A stretch of DNA of 64,000 nucleotides from Candidatus Aminicenantes bacterium (GTDB taxonomy: Bacteria > Acidobacteriota > Aminicenantia > Aminicenantales > UBA8522): the NCBI GenBank assembly GCA_963764885.1, contig CAVXUH010000009.1, positions 331,850-395,849 on the forward strand, read 5' to 3'. The translations under genes and the position numbers were made by a program. This document shows, one piece after another, positions 32,598 through 40,834 of this stretch; within the stretch, counting starts at the first letter, position 1, and every line of letters begins with the position of its first letter. The notes beneath the pieces were generated by a model. That model worked only from the letters and a program-made list of their open reading frames with translations, ran no database searches and was not told the origin of the DNA.

Positions 32598-33548
32598 ATG
32601 GATTTCCGGCTCCGCATCGAGCGGTCGCGGCTCCTCGACAGGCTGGGGAAATTTTTTACGAGCCCGCCCTGCCCGCCGGTTCTGATCCAGGTCTCGACCG
32701 CATTCCTGACCGGGCTTCAGGTCGCGGTCAAGGATAAAAAGGTCAGGCAGCGCCTGATCCTGCCCCTGCCCGGGGGGGCGGTCGAGCCCCACTTCGACAA
32801 GGCCAACATCCCGGACGGCGCCGCCCTGGCCGGGCTCCTCAGGGAGCCCTTGGCGCGCCTCAGGGACTCGGGCAGCGGCGCGGCCGGCTTGCTTCCCGAC
32901 GCCTGTTTCCGGGTCTTCGTGCTGCCTTTTGAATCCCTGCCCTCGTCCGACCGTGAACGGGAAAACCTGATACTCTTTCGGGCCAAGAAGCAGATGCCCC
33001 TCCTGCCCGACGACCTCAGGCTCTCCTACCAGGTGATGGATTCGGGCTCGGGCGTCAAGGTGGTGGCCGGCTTAGCCCGCGCCTCTGTCATCCGCGAATA
33101 CGAGACGCTTTTCGCCGGCTTGGGGCTCGAGCTCGGCATCGTCGCGCCCCCCTCTCTCAGCCTGGTCAACCTCATCGACTGGCGGGTCGAGAAGGCCGGC
33201 CTGGTGGTCAATCTCGATGACGATTCGCTCGGGCTGGTTGCCATCACCCGGTCCGAGCCGGCGTTTTACCGGGTGAAGGCCTTCGCCGGCGAGCGCAGCG
33301 AGGCCCGCCGGGTGGACGGCCTGGTCAAAGAGATCGAGAACACGATCCATTTCATCGAAGACAGGGAGAACCAGCCGATCCCGGCGCTCTGGTTCCGGAA
33401 TGGGCTGCTGGACGGCGGCGACGACCTGGCATCGGCGCTCGCCGGCCGGCTGGCCGTTCCGGTCAAGCCGTTCGCCGCCCCGCCGCTCGACTCGTTTGCC
33501 GAAGCGGAGCGCGCGATCCTGGCGCCCCTGGCGGGGCTGATTCCATGA
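32598..33548 (+). CDS. pilM: PilM-like actin-fold pilus assembly protein (tentative)
   Basis: 316 aa; position immediately before pilN with ATGA overlap; weak by-eye similarity. Confidence 0.45.
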   Translation: MDFRLRIERSRLLDRLGKFFTSPPCPPVLIQVSTAFLTGLQVAVKDKKVRQRLILPLPGGAVEPHFDKANIPDGAALAGLLREPLARLRDSGSGAAGLLPDACFRVFVLPFESLPSSDRERENLILFRAKKQMPLLPDDLRLSYQVMDSGSGVKVVAGLARASVIREYETLFAGLGLELGIVAPPSLSLVNLIDWRVEKAGLVVNLDDDSLGLVAITRSEPAFYRVKAFAGERSEARRVDGLVKEIENTIHFIEDRENQPIPALWFRNGLLDGGDDLASALAGRLAVPVKPFAAPPLDSFAEAERAILAPLAGLIP

Positions 33549-34102
33549 AGCCCATCCGCGTCAATCTGGCCTCGCGTCCGTTGCTCAACCGGCGGCTGTT
33601 CCTGTTCGTCGGCGGCGGGCTGGCGCTGGCCGCGCTCATCGCCCTCCTGCTGGGCGGGTTCATTTTCTCCCGGTTTGCCCTGAAGATCAGGGGGACCCGC
33701 TCCGATCTCGGCCGCGTTGAGCAGTCCATCCAAGCGGCCCAGCGCGAGAAGGCGGCCTCCGAGGCCAAGGTCGAGGAGGCGAGGAAGCGCGACCAGATCC
33801 TGGCCGATTTCGCGAACTCCGTTATCCTCGAGAAGGCCTTTTCCTGGTCGGAGTTCCTCTCCCGGCTCGAGGAAGGGCTGCCGGACTCGAGCTTCATCCT
33901 GTCCCTGGCGCCGGTCGCCGTCGAGAGCCACCGCGTTCAATTCCGGCTGAAGGTCGCCTCGGCGGGCCTGAACGACCAGTTGGCGTTGATCAACAAGCTC
34001 CTCGGGCTGAACTTCAGCCAGATCCGGGTCGAGGCGGAAGATGTCGACGAACGCGGCCTCCTGAATTCGGAATTGCTCGTCAGCTATGAAAGACATATTT
34101 AA
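33545..34102 (+). CDS. pilN: PilN-like inner-membrane pilus alignment protein
   Basis: 185 aa; N-terminal RVNLASRPL (INLLP-like) then single TM and coiled coil. Confidence 0.55.
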   Translation: MKPIRVNLASRPLLNRRLFLFVGGGLALAALIALLLGGFIFSRFALKIRGTRSDLGRVEQSIQAAQREKAASEAKVEEARKRDQILADFANSVILEKAFSWSEFLSRLEEGLPDSSFILSLAPVAVESHRVQFRLKVASAGLNDQLALINKLLGLNFSQIRVEAEDVDERGLLNSELLVSYERHI

Positions 34103-34649
34103 GGCCTTCAGCGAAAGGGAGCGCCGGCGCCTCCGGCTGCTGTCGCTCCTCCTCTGCCTCTCGCTGGTTTTTTTCTTCCTGGTCTCGCTCCGCGAGCGGC
34201 GGAGCTTCCTTCGCCTGGACGAATCGCTCACGGCGCAGAAAGCGCAGTTCGCCAAGCTGGACAAGGAGCGATCGGCCGCCTCGACCGACAGGACCAAGTG
34301 GGCCCAGGCCGAAAAGGACCTGGACGAGCTGAAGGCGAAGTACTTCTACAAGGAAAAAGACGGCGTCAATGCCCTGAGGCTGGATTTACAGGATCTCCTG
34401 GCCAAGTCCGGCATCTCCGCCAGGACGCTCAAATTCGATTATTTCGACTTCGACAGGGAGAGAGCCAAGAAGGTCAGCGTGACCTTCAACTTCACGGGCA
34501 CCTACCCGCTTCTCAAGAGGTTCCTGGAGATGGTAGAACAGTTTCCCCGGTTCCTCTATCTCGAGCGGCTGGATTTCGTCAGGATCATGGGAGGCGGGAA
34601 CACCCTCGAGCTGAGGGTCGTGCTCGCAGCTTATTATGCCTATTTTTAA
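34086..34649 (+). CDS. pilO: PilO-like pilus alignment protein
   Basis: 187 aa; single TM, coiled coil, overlaps pilN end by 17 nt. Confidence 0.45.
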   Translation: MKDIFKAFSERERRRLRLLSLLLCLSLVFFFLVSLRERRSFLRLDESLTAQKAQFAKLDKERSAASTDRTKWAQAEKDLDELKAKYFYKEKDGVNALRLDLQDLLAKSGISARTLKFDYFDFDRERAKKVSVTFNFTGTYPLLKRFLEMVEQFPRFLYLERLDFVRIMGGGNTLELRVVLAAYYAYF

Positions 34650-35175
34650 AATCGTCGCGGTCCTTCTGATCCTGGCGGCGGAGATGCCGCTCCTCCGGCC
34701 CCTCTCCGCCGGCGCCCAGGATCAGCCCAAGGCGGCGGAAAACGCGGCTCCGTCGCTCATCCGCATGGACCTGCTCGGCCGGCCGCCGTCGCCGACCGCC
34801 CCCCCCAAGAGGAATATTTTCGCGCCCCGGTTGGGCGCCCCGGCCCAGACGGAAACGGCCGCCCAGGCGGCGGTACCCGGGGCGCTCGGCCTGCCGCCCG
34901 GCAACCCCGGCGCGGCGGCGCCCGTCTCGGGGGCCGCGGCCCAGCCGGCGGCCGCCCCCGCCTTCAGCATCGACCTCCGCTATATCGGGTTCGTCGATTC
35001 CCGGAGAACCCGGAAGATCATCGGATTGGTGATATTCCAGGGTCAGGCCCGCGCCGTGGTCGAGGGCGAGGTGATCAGCGAGGGGGTCCGCGTCGGCAAG
35101 ATCAGCCGTGAGCAGATCGAGGTGATACTGCCGGACTCTTCGACGAGGGCATTTTCCCTGGAAGGAGAAGAATGA
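34636..35175 (+). CDS. pilP: PilP-like periplasmic protein (signal peptide, Ala/Pro-rich linker, C-terminal beta domain)
   Basis: 179 aa; position between pilO and secretin; C-terminal RYIGFVD...VILPD region. Confidence 0.4.
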   Translation: MPIFKIVAVLLILAAEMPLLRPLSAGAQDQPKAAENAAPSLIRMDLLGRPPSPTAPPKRNIFAPRLGAPAQTETAAQAAVPGALGLPPGNPGAAAPVSGAAAQPAAAPAFSIDLRYIGFVDSRRTRKIIGLVIFQGQARAVVEGEVISEGVRVGKISREQIEVILPDSSTRAFSLEGEE

Positions 35176-37316
35176 TGAACAAGCGCACCTGGACGGTCGT
35201 CATTATCGCCCTCGGTCTCTGGGGATGCGCCGGCTTCGGCGGCTACTATTACCGGCAGGGCAATCAGGCCGCGATCAACAGGAACTGGGACCTGGCCATC
35301 CAGAATTATGAGAAGGCGCTCCGGGAAAGCCCGAAGGACCACGCCTACCAGACCGCCCTCATCCGGGCCAAGATATCGGCCGGCCTGCGGAGCGTCCGGG
35401 ACGCCAGGATCCTGGCCGCCCAGGGGAAAAAAGAAGAGGCCCTCAAGCAATATGAGAAGGCCCTGTCCTACGATCCCGAAAACCGGAGCGTGCTCGACGA
35501 GATGCGCCGTCTGAGCCCGCAGACGCTGCCGGTCGAGCAGGTCAAGCCCTTCAAGCTTGAGCCGCCGGTCAAGCTGAAGGTCGCGCGGGACAACATCGAG
35601 CTCAAGTTCACGGACGCCAGCGTTCGGTCGATCTTCCAGGCCCTGGGAAAGCACGCCGAGATCAGCATCATCTACGACGAGCTCTTCAAGGACATGAACC
35701 TGACGATCGACATCAGCGGGAAGGAATTCGAGGACGCCGTCAGCTACCTGTGCCTGGCCAGCAAGAACTTCTACCGGATCATCGACGAGAGGACGATCGT
35801 CATCGTCCCCGACCAGCCGGTCAAGAGGATCCAGTACGAACAGAACGCGATCCAGGTTTTCTACCTTTCCAACATCAACGCCCAGGACATCTTCGCCGCG
35901 CTTCAGCAGATGCTGCGGAGCCAGTTCCGGGCGCCGAATATCTTTGTGGACAAGAACCTCAACACCATCACCGTTCGTGATACCCCGGGCAATATCGAGC
36001 TGGCGGCCCAGCTCATCAGGAAGTGGGACAAGTCGAAGGCCGAGGTCATGATCGACCTCGAGATCATGGAGGTTTCCCGGCAGAGGCTGCGGACGATGGG
36101 AGTCGACTACAGCGACATCGGTCTCGGGGTCCGGTATTCCGGACCGGGCGCCTCGGCCGACGAGGGTTGGTACAACCTAGCCGAGCTCGCGCTGGGCAAG
36201 AAAACGAGCTACCAGGTCTCCCTGCCATCCGCCGTCATCCGTCTCCTGGAGACCGACTCCGATACCAAGCTGCTCGCCCAGCCTCGGCTCCGCGGAATGG
36301 CCGATGAAGACATCAAGACACTGGTCGGGCAGAAGATCCCCATCCCCCAGACGACCTTCTCGACGTTCGCCGCCGGCGGGGTCAACAACGTCCCCATCAC
36401 GTCTTATACCTATCAGGACGTCGGCCTGGACATCAAGATCAAGCCGAAGATCCACGTGGAGGGTGAGGTCACGCTCGAGATCGAGCTCAAGATCACGGCG
36501 CTCGCCGGCGTCGGCTACGCCGATATCCCGATCATCGCCACCCGCGAGGTCAAGAATGTGATGCGGCTCAAGGACGGCGAATCCAACCTCCTGGGCGGGC
36601 TGCTCCGCGACGAGGAAAGAAAATCGTTATCGGGGATCGCCGGGCTCAAGAACATTCCCGTCCTGGGGAACCTCTTTGGCGCCACGGACACGACGATCGA
36701 TCAATCCGACCTGGTGATGACGATCACGCCGTATATCATCCGGCCGCTGAAACGGACGGCGGAGGACGACGCTCCCGTCTGGATCCAGCTCGAAGGACTA
36801 TCGCCCACGGACCGGGGCGATAGGGAAGAGCCGGGCGGTCTCGACGTGGTCGGCCCGGGCCGCGAGGGGCCCGTGCCCGCGCCGGCCGCCGACCAGGAGC
36901 CGGCGGGCGACAACCAGGTCACCCTGGACCCCTCGAACTTCGAGGTCCCGGCCGGCCGGGAGTTCCGGATCAGCATCAACCTGCGATCCCAGCAGGAAGT
37001 GGGCAACCTGTCGATGACCGTCGGGTTCAGCAGCCAGGTCGCCAAGCTCAAGGACGTGGTCGAAGGCGGCCTCGTCCGGCAGATGGGCGACAAGGTCCCT
37101 TTCCTCAAGAGCATCTCCGACGGCAGCTGCACCATCGGCATTACCAGCCCCCAGCTGGGCCACGGCTTCCGGGGGGGCGGCAACCTGGCCGTGCTCGTCT
37201 TCGAGGCGGTGGCCGCCGGGGAGACGCCGGTGACGGTCTCGGGCGTTTCCGCCAACGGCCCGACGGGGCAAGTCGTCACGTTCACATCCCGGGACGCGCG
37301 GGTCGTCGTGCACTGA
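35172..37316 (+). CDS. pilQ: secretin PilQ/GspD family with N-terminal lipoprotein signal + TPR region and C-terminal cohesin-like beta-sandwich domain
   Basis: 714 aa; lipobox LGLWGC; TPR-like repeats (NYEKALRESPKDHAYQ...QYEKALSYDPENRSVL); secretin core ...NIPVLGNLFG...DLVMTITPYIIRP; C-terminal about 140 aa cohesin-like (NFEVPAGREFRISINL...GNLAVLVFEAVAAGETPVTVSG). Confidence 0.8.
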   Translation: MMNKRTWTVVIIALGLWGCAGFGGYYYRQGNQAAINRNWDLAIQNYEKALRESPKDHAYQTALIRAKISAGLRSVRDARILAAQGKKEEALKQYEKALSYDPENRSVLDEMRRLSPQTLPVEQVKPFKLEPPVKLKVARDNIELKFTDASVRSIFQALGKHAEISIIYDELFKDMNLTIDISGKEFEDAVSYLCLASKNFYRIIDERTIVIVPDQPVKRIQYEQNAIQVFYLSNINAQDIFAALQQMLRSQFRAPNIFVDKNLNTITVRDTPGNIELAAQLIRKWDKSKAEVMIDLEIMEVSRQRLRTMGVDYSDIGLGVRYSGPGASADEGWYNLAELALGKKTSYQVSLPSAVIRLLETDSDTKLLAQPRLRGMADEDIKTLVGQKIPIPQTTFSTFAAGGVNNVPITSYTYQDVGLDIKIKPKIHVEGEVTLEIELKITALAGVGYADIPIIATREVKNVMRLKDGESNLLGGLLRDEERKSLSGIAGLKNIPVLGNLFGATDTTIDQSDLVMTITPYIIRPLKRTAEDDAPVWIQLEGLSPTDRGDREEPGGLDVVGPGREGPVPAPAADQEPAGDNQVTLDPSNFEVPAGREFRISINLRSQQEVGNLSMTVGFSSQVAKLKDVVEGGLVRQMGDKVPFLKSISDGSCTIGITSPQLGHGFRGGGNLAVLVFEAVAAGETPVTVSGVSANGPTGQVVTFTSRDARVVVH

Positions 37317-37319
37317 GAG

Positions 37320-37350
37320 CCGGCCCGCTTTCGGCCGGACTCTTTGTTTT
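37320..37350 (+). terminator. candidate intrinsic terminator after pilQ (CCGGCC-cgctttc-GGCCGG followed by T-rich ACTCTTTGTTTT)
   Basis: Read directly from sequence; 6-bp GC stem, 7-nt loop, interrupted T tract. Confidence 0.35.
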
Positions 37351-37365
37351 GACTTCTCCCGCTTT

Positions 37366-37935
37366 ATGCTTTATCTTTTGGGCGTGATCCTGATCCTCAC
37401 CGGTTCCGTCCAGTCGGGGAAGACCCGCTTTCTCAGTGGGGTCGTCTCCGATCTGGACAGGGCGAGGACGGTCGTATCGGGATATATAAGCCCCGCCGTC
37501 TACGAGAGCGGCCGGCTCATCGGCTACGACCTGTCCATCCTCGGCCGGGAAAAACCCTTGCCGTTTCTCAGGAAGCACGGTCCGCCGCGGCGGGAGAGGA
37601 TCGGCCCGTATTCTTTTCTCCCCGAGGCTCTGAGGGAGGCCCGCCGGACTATCCGGGAAAGCCGTCCCGGCGACCTGCTGGTCGTCGACGAGGTGGGGCC
37701 TCTCGAGCTCGCGGGCGGCGGGGTATGGGCCCCGCTGCAGGAGGTCCTGGCCAGCCCGGCCCGCCGTTGTCTGCTCGTTGTCCGCGCGGCCTGTCTCGAG
37801 ACTCTGAGGGAGAGGCTCGGGGGGCACACGTCCAAGGTGTTCCCGGTCGAGGAGCCGACGGCGCGGGCCTCGCTCCTCTTTGAGATCGGGCGGTCCGGAA
37901 AAGAGTCCGGACCTCTGGCCGGGCGGGAAGGCTGA
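37366..37935 (+). CDS. P-loop NTPase of the THEP1/NTPase_1 type (Walker A GSVQSGKT, Walker B VVDEVGPLEL); real start may be GTG about 37382
   Basis: 189 aa; a TTGACT-17-TATCTT promoter at 37346-37374 would give a leaderless start at about 37382. Confidence 0.45.
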   Translation: MLYLLGVILILTGSVQSGKTRFLSGVVSDLDRARTVVSGYISPAVYESGRLIGYDLSILGREKPLPFLRKHGPPRRERIGPYSFLPEALREARRTIRESRPGDLLVVDEVGPLELAGGGVWAPLQEVLASPARRCLLVVRAACLETLRERLGGHTSKVFPVEEPTARASLLFEIGRSGKESGPLAGREG

Positions 37936-37952
37936 AAACAAGGGAGGAAGAC

Positions 37953-38678
37953 ATGTGGAACAAGCTCGAGCTCCTGCACTACGAACGCCAACTGGAGCTG
38001 ATCGGCCGGCGCGGACAGCGACGCCTGAAGGGGTCGAGCGTTTTTATCGCCGGCGCGGGCGGATTGGGCACGGCGGCCGCGTCCTACCTGGCTGCCGCCG
38101 GCATCGGCCGCATTCTGATCGTCGACCGGGACAAGATCCAGGTCAACAATCTCAACCGACAGGTGATGTATGTCGAGAAGGACGCCGGGAAGCACAAGGC
38201 CGCCGCCCTGGCGGCCCGCTTGAGCGGGCTGAACCCCCATATCGAGATCCGCGGCGAGCCGGTCGACATCGGCGCCGTCGACATCCATGACCTCGTCGCC
38301 AGCTTCGATGTCCTGGTGGACGCCCTGGACAACTTTCCCTCCCGCTACGTCCTCAACGGCGCCGCCCTTGCCCAGGGCATCCCCCTCGTCCATGCCAGCA
38401 TCCGCGGCTTCTACGGGCAGGTGACGACGCTCGTGCCGGGCCTGACGCCCTGCCTCAAGTGCCTCTTCCCCGAGATCCCGAAAGACGACAGCCCGTCCGT
38501 CCTCGGCCCGGTCTGCGGCGTCATCGGCTGCCTTCAGGCCATGGAGGTCATTAAGTATCTCCTGGGCAACGGCTCCCTCCTGATGAACAAGCTCCTCGTC
38601 TTCGACGGCCTCAAGGGCTCGCTCGACGAGGTCGATATCGGCCGGCGGGCCGACTGCCCGGAGTGCGGCGGCCGATGA
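37953..38678 (+). CDS. moeB: ThiF/MoeB family E1-like adenylyltransferase with C-terminal CxxC...CPEC zinc motif
   Basis: 241 aa; NRQ motif, glycine-rich nucleotide loop GAGGLG. Confidence 0.75.
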   Translation: MWNKLELLHYERQLELIGRRGQRRLKGSSVFIAGAGGLGTAAASYLAAAGIGRILIVDRDKIQVNNLNRQVMYVEKDAGKHKAAALAARLSGLNPHIEIRGEPVDIGAVDIHDLVASFDVLVDALDNFPSRYVLNGAALAQGIPLVHASIRGFYGQVTTLVPGLTPCLKCLFPEIPKDDSPSVLGPVCGVIGCLQAMEVIKYLLGNGSLLMNKLLVFDGLKGSLDEVDIGRRADCPECGGR

Positions 38679-38953
38679 AGGTCCGGGTCAAGTTCCTGGC
38701 CAACTTTCGGGACCTCTTTGGGGCCCGCGACAGGGACATCGTCTTGCCCCGGAACGCGCGGCTGCGCGACCTCCTGAACGCCCTCTGCGATTCGCCGGAA
38801 CGCCGGGCCCAGGTCCTGACCGCCGCGGGCGAGATTCATCCCCAGGTCGTCATCATGAAGGACGGCACCCCTGCGCAATCGCTGGGGGGGCTGGAGATGC
38901 CGCTCGAGGATGGAGCGGTGGTGGCCGTCTTCCCCTTCCTCGGCGGCGGCTAA
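38675..38953 (+). CDS. moaD: MoaD/ThiS family sulfur-carrier protein ending in GG
   Basis: Starts MKVRVKFLANF with ATGA overlap on the moeB stop; C-terminus ...VFPFLGGG. Confidence 0.65.
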   Translation: MKVRVKFLANFRDLFGARDRDIVLPRNARLRDLLNALCDSPERRAQVLTAAGEIHPQVVIMKDGTPAQSLGGLEMPLEDGAVVAVFPFLGGG

Positions 38954-38995
38954 TCTGGTATCATCTCTCCTCACGAAAAGAAGAGAAGCTGTCCG

Positions 38996-40834
38996 ATGAG
39001 CGAATATCCCTACGGAGTCCACGGCAGAATCCTGGAGATCGACCTGACGAGCGGGAAGATCTCGGAGACCCCCCTCGACGGAGGTCTGATCGCGGATTAT
39101 ATCGGCGGGCGGGGGCTGGGCATCCGGCTGCTCCTCGATCGGATCGACCCGGCCTGCGATCCCCTGGGTCCCGGCAACATCATCGTCATCGCCACGGCGC
39201 CGCTGATCGGGACGAACGCCCCGACCGCGGGCCGGGGCCACATGATCTTCAAGTCCGCCCTGGGGGGGTCGGTGGGGACGTCCAATTGCGGCGGGACGTG
39301 GGCCCCGGCTTTCAAGGCCACGGGCTATGACGCCCTAGTCATCAAGGGCCGGGCCGCCTCGCCCGTCATCATCGATATCCGGGAAGGCGGGGCCGAGATC
39401 CTGCCCGCGGGCGGGATCTGGGGCATGGATATTCCCGGGGCGACCGAGGCCCTGATGGCGGGGGCGGTCGACCGCCGGGCCCGCGTCCTTCTGATCGGCC
39501 CGGCCGGTGAGAACCTGGTTAGGTTCGCGTCCGTCATGAACGACCGGAACCGCGCCTACGGACGCGGCGGCCCGGGGGCCGTCTGGGGCAGCAAGAACCT
39601 CAAGGCCATCCGGGTCTTCGGGCAGAAAAAGATCCAGGTCAAGGACCGGGAAAAATACCAGGTGGGTTTCGACCAGGGGTTCTATCTCCTCAAGCAGGCG
39701 CCGGCCACGAAGCGCCTCCTGCGCGAGCTCGGAACGGCCGGGCTGGTCGAGCTCATCAACCTGATCAACATGCTGCCGCACCGCAACTTCCAGGATACCG
39801 CCCACAGCGACGAGAACGTCGAGCGGGTGTCCGGCGAGACGCTGGCCAAGAAGCTCCTGCGGCGGGCCGCCGGCTGCTACCTCTGCCCGATCGGCTGCCA
39901 GCGGCACACGAGCGTCGGCGACCGGAAGGGCGAAGGCCCGGAGTACGAAACGATGGCCATGATCGGGCCGGATTGCGATATCTACGACCTCGAGCGCCTG
40001 ACCCTGGCCAACTATCTCTGCAACGAGCTCGGCATGGACACGATCTCTTTCGGGGGCACGGTCGCCTGCGCCATGGAGCTCTACGAGCGCGGGCTGATGA
40101 CGACCCGGGACACGGGCGGCCTGGATCTCCGGTTCGGGCGGAACGACCTGATCGAGGATCTCGCCCGGATGATCGCCTTCCGCGAGGGCGTCGGCGACCG
40201 GCTGGCCGAGGGGTCGTACCGGCTGGCCGAAAGCTGCGGGCACCCCGAGTATTCGATGACCGTGAAGAAGCAGGAGATCCCGGGCTACGATCCGCGGGCC
40301 TCCTTCACCCAGGCGCTGGGCTACATGACTTCGCCGACGGGGGCCTGTCATCTCAAGGGCGGGTACGCCGTTTCGCTGGCCTTTTTCGGCGGGACAAAAG
40401 AGATTCCCCGGTTCAGCCTCCTCCAGTCGCCGATCGGCATCCGGAACATGCACAATCTGGGGATCATCCAGGACAGTCTGGGCGTCTGCCGGTTCACGGG
40501 CTATGCCTTCTCCTACGACCCCTGGGCCAGGATGATGAGCGGGGTCACGGGCCTGGACTTTTCGACGGCCCGCCTCGAGGAGATCAGCAACCGCGTCGCC
40601 GCGGTCGAGCGCCAGTTCAACCTGGCCTCGGGGTTGACGGCCGCCGACGACAGCCTGCCGGCGCGGTTCAGCCGGGAGTCGATCGCCGTCGCCGGCCAGG
40701 AGCGCGTCGTCTCCGAGGAGGCGATTGTCCGGATGAGACGCGACTATTACAGGGTCCGCGGCTGGGACGAGGAGGGGAGGCCGACGCCCGGTCTGCTCCA
40801 GGCATTGAGGATCCCCGAACGGCCGGTGCCATGA
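38996..40834 (+). CDS. aor: tungsten-containing aldehyde:ferredoxin oxidoreductase (AOR family)
   Basis: 612 aa; N-terminal GRILEIDLTSGK, AOR_N and AOR_C domains, 4Fe-4S cysteines CYLCPIGC. Confidence 0.85.
   Translation: MSEYPYGVHGRILEIDLTSGKISETPLDGGLIADYIGGRGLGIRLLLDRIDPACDPLGPGNIIVIATAPLIGTNAPTAGRGHMIFKSALGGSVGTSNCGGTWAPAFKATGYDALVIKGRAASPVIIDIREGGAEILPAGGIWGMDIPGATEALMAGAVDRRARVLLIGPAGENLVRFASVMNDRNRAYGRGGPGAVWGSKNLKAIRVFGQKKIQVKDREKYQVGFDQGFYLLKQAPATKRLLRELGTAGLVELINLINMLPHRNFQDTAHSDENVERVSGETLAKKLLRRAAGCYLCPIGCQRHTSVGDRKGEGPEYETMAMIGPDCDIYDLERLTLANYLCNELGMDTISFGGTVACAMELYERGLMTTRDTGGLDLRFGRNDLIEDLARMIAFREGVGDRLAEGSYRLAESCGHPEYSMTVKKQEIPGYDPRASFTQALGYMTSPTGACHLKGGYAVSLAFFGGTKEIPRFSLLQSPIGIRNMHNLGIIQDSLGVCRFTGYAFSYDPWARMMSGVTGLDFSTARLEEISNRVAAVERQFNLASGLTAADDSLPARFSRESIAVAGQERVVSEEAIVRMRRDYYRVRGWDEEGRPTPGLLQALRIPERPVP

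Noticed and set aside
39973-40830. N-terminal 286-aa extension of the ORF-track entry 39973..42153
   Set aside because: It overlaps the AOR gene in another frame and reads as Arg/Pro/Gly-rich nonsense; the true gene starts at the ATG at 40831 embedded in the AOR stop.
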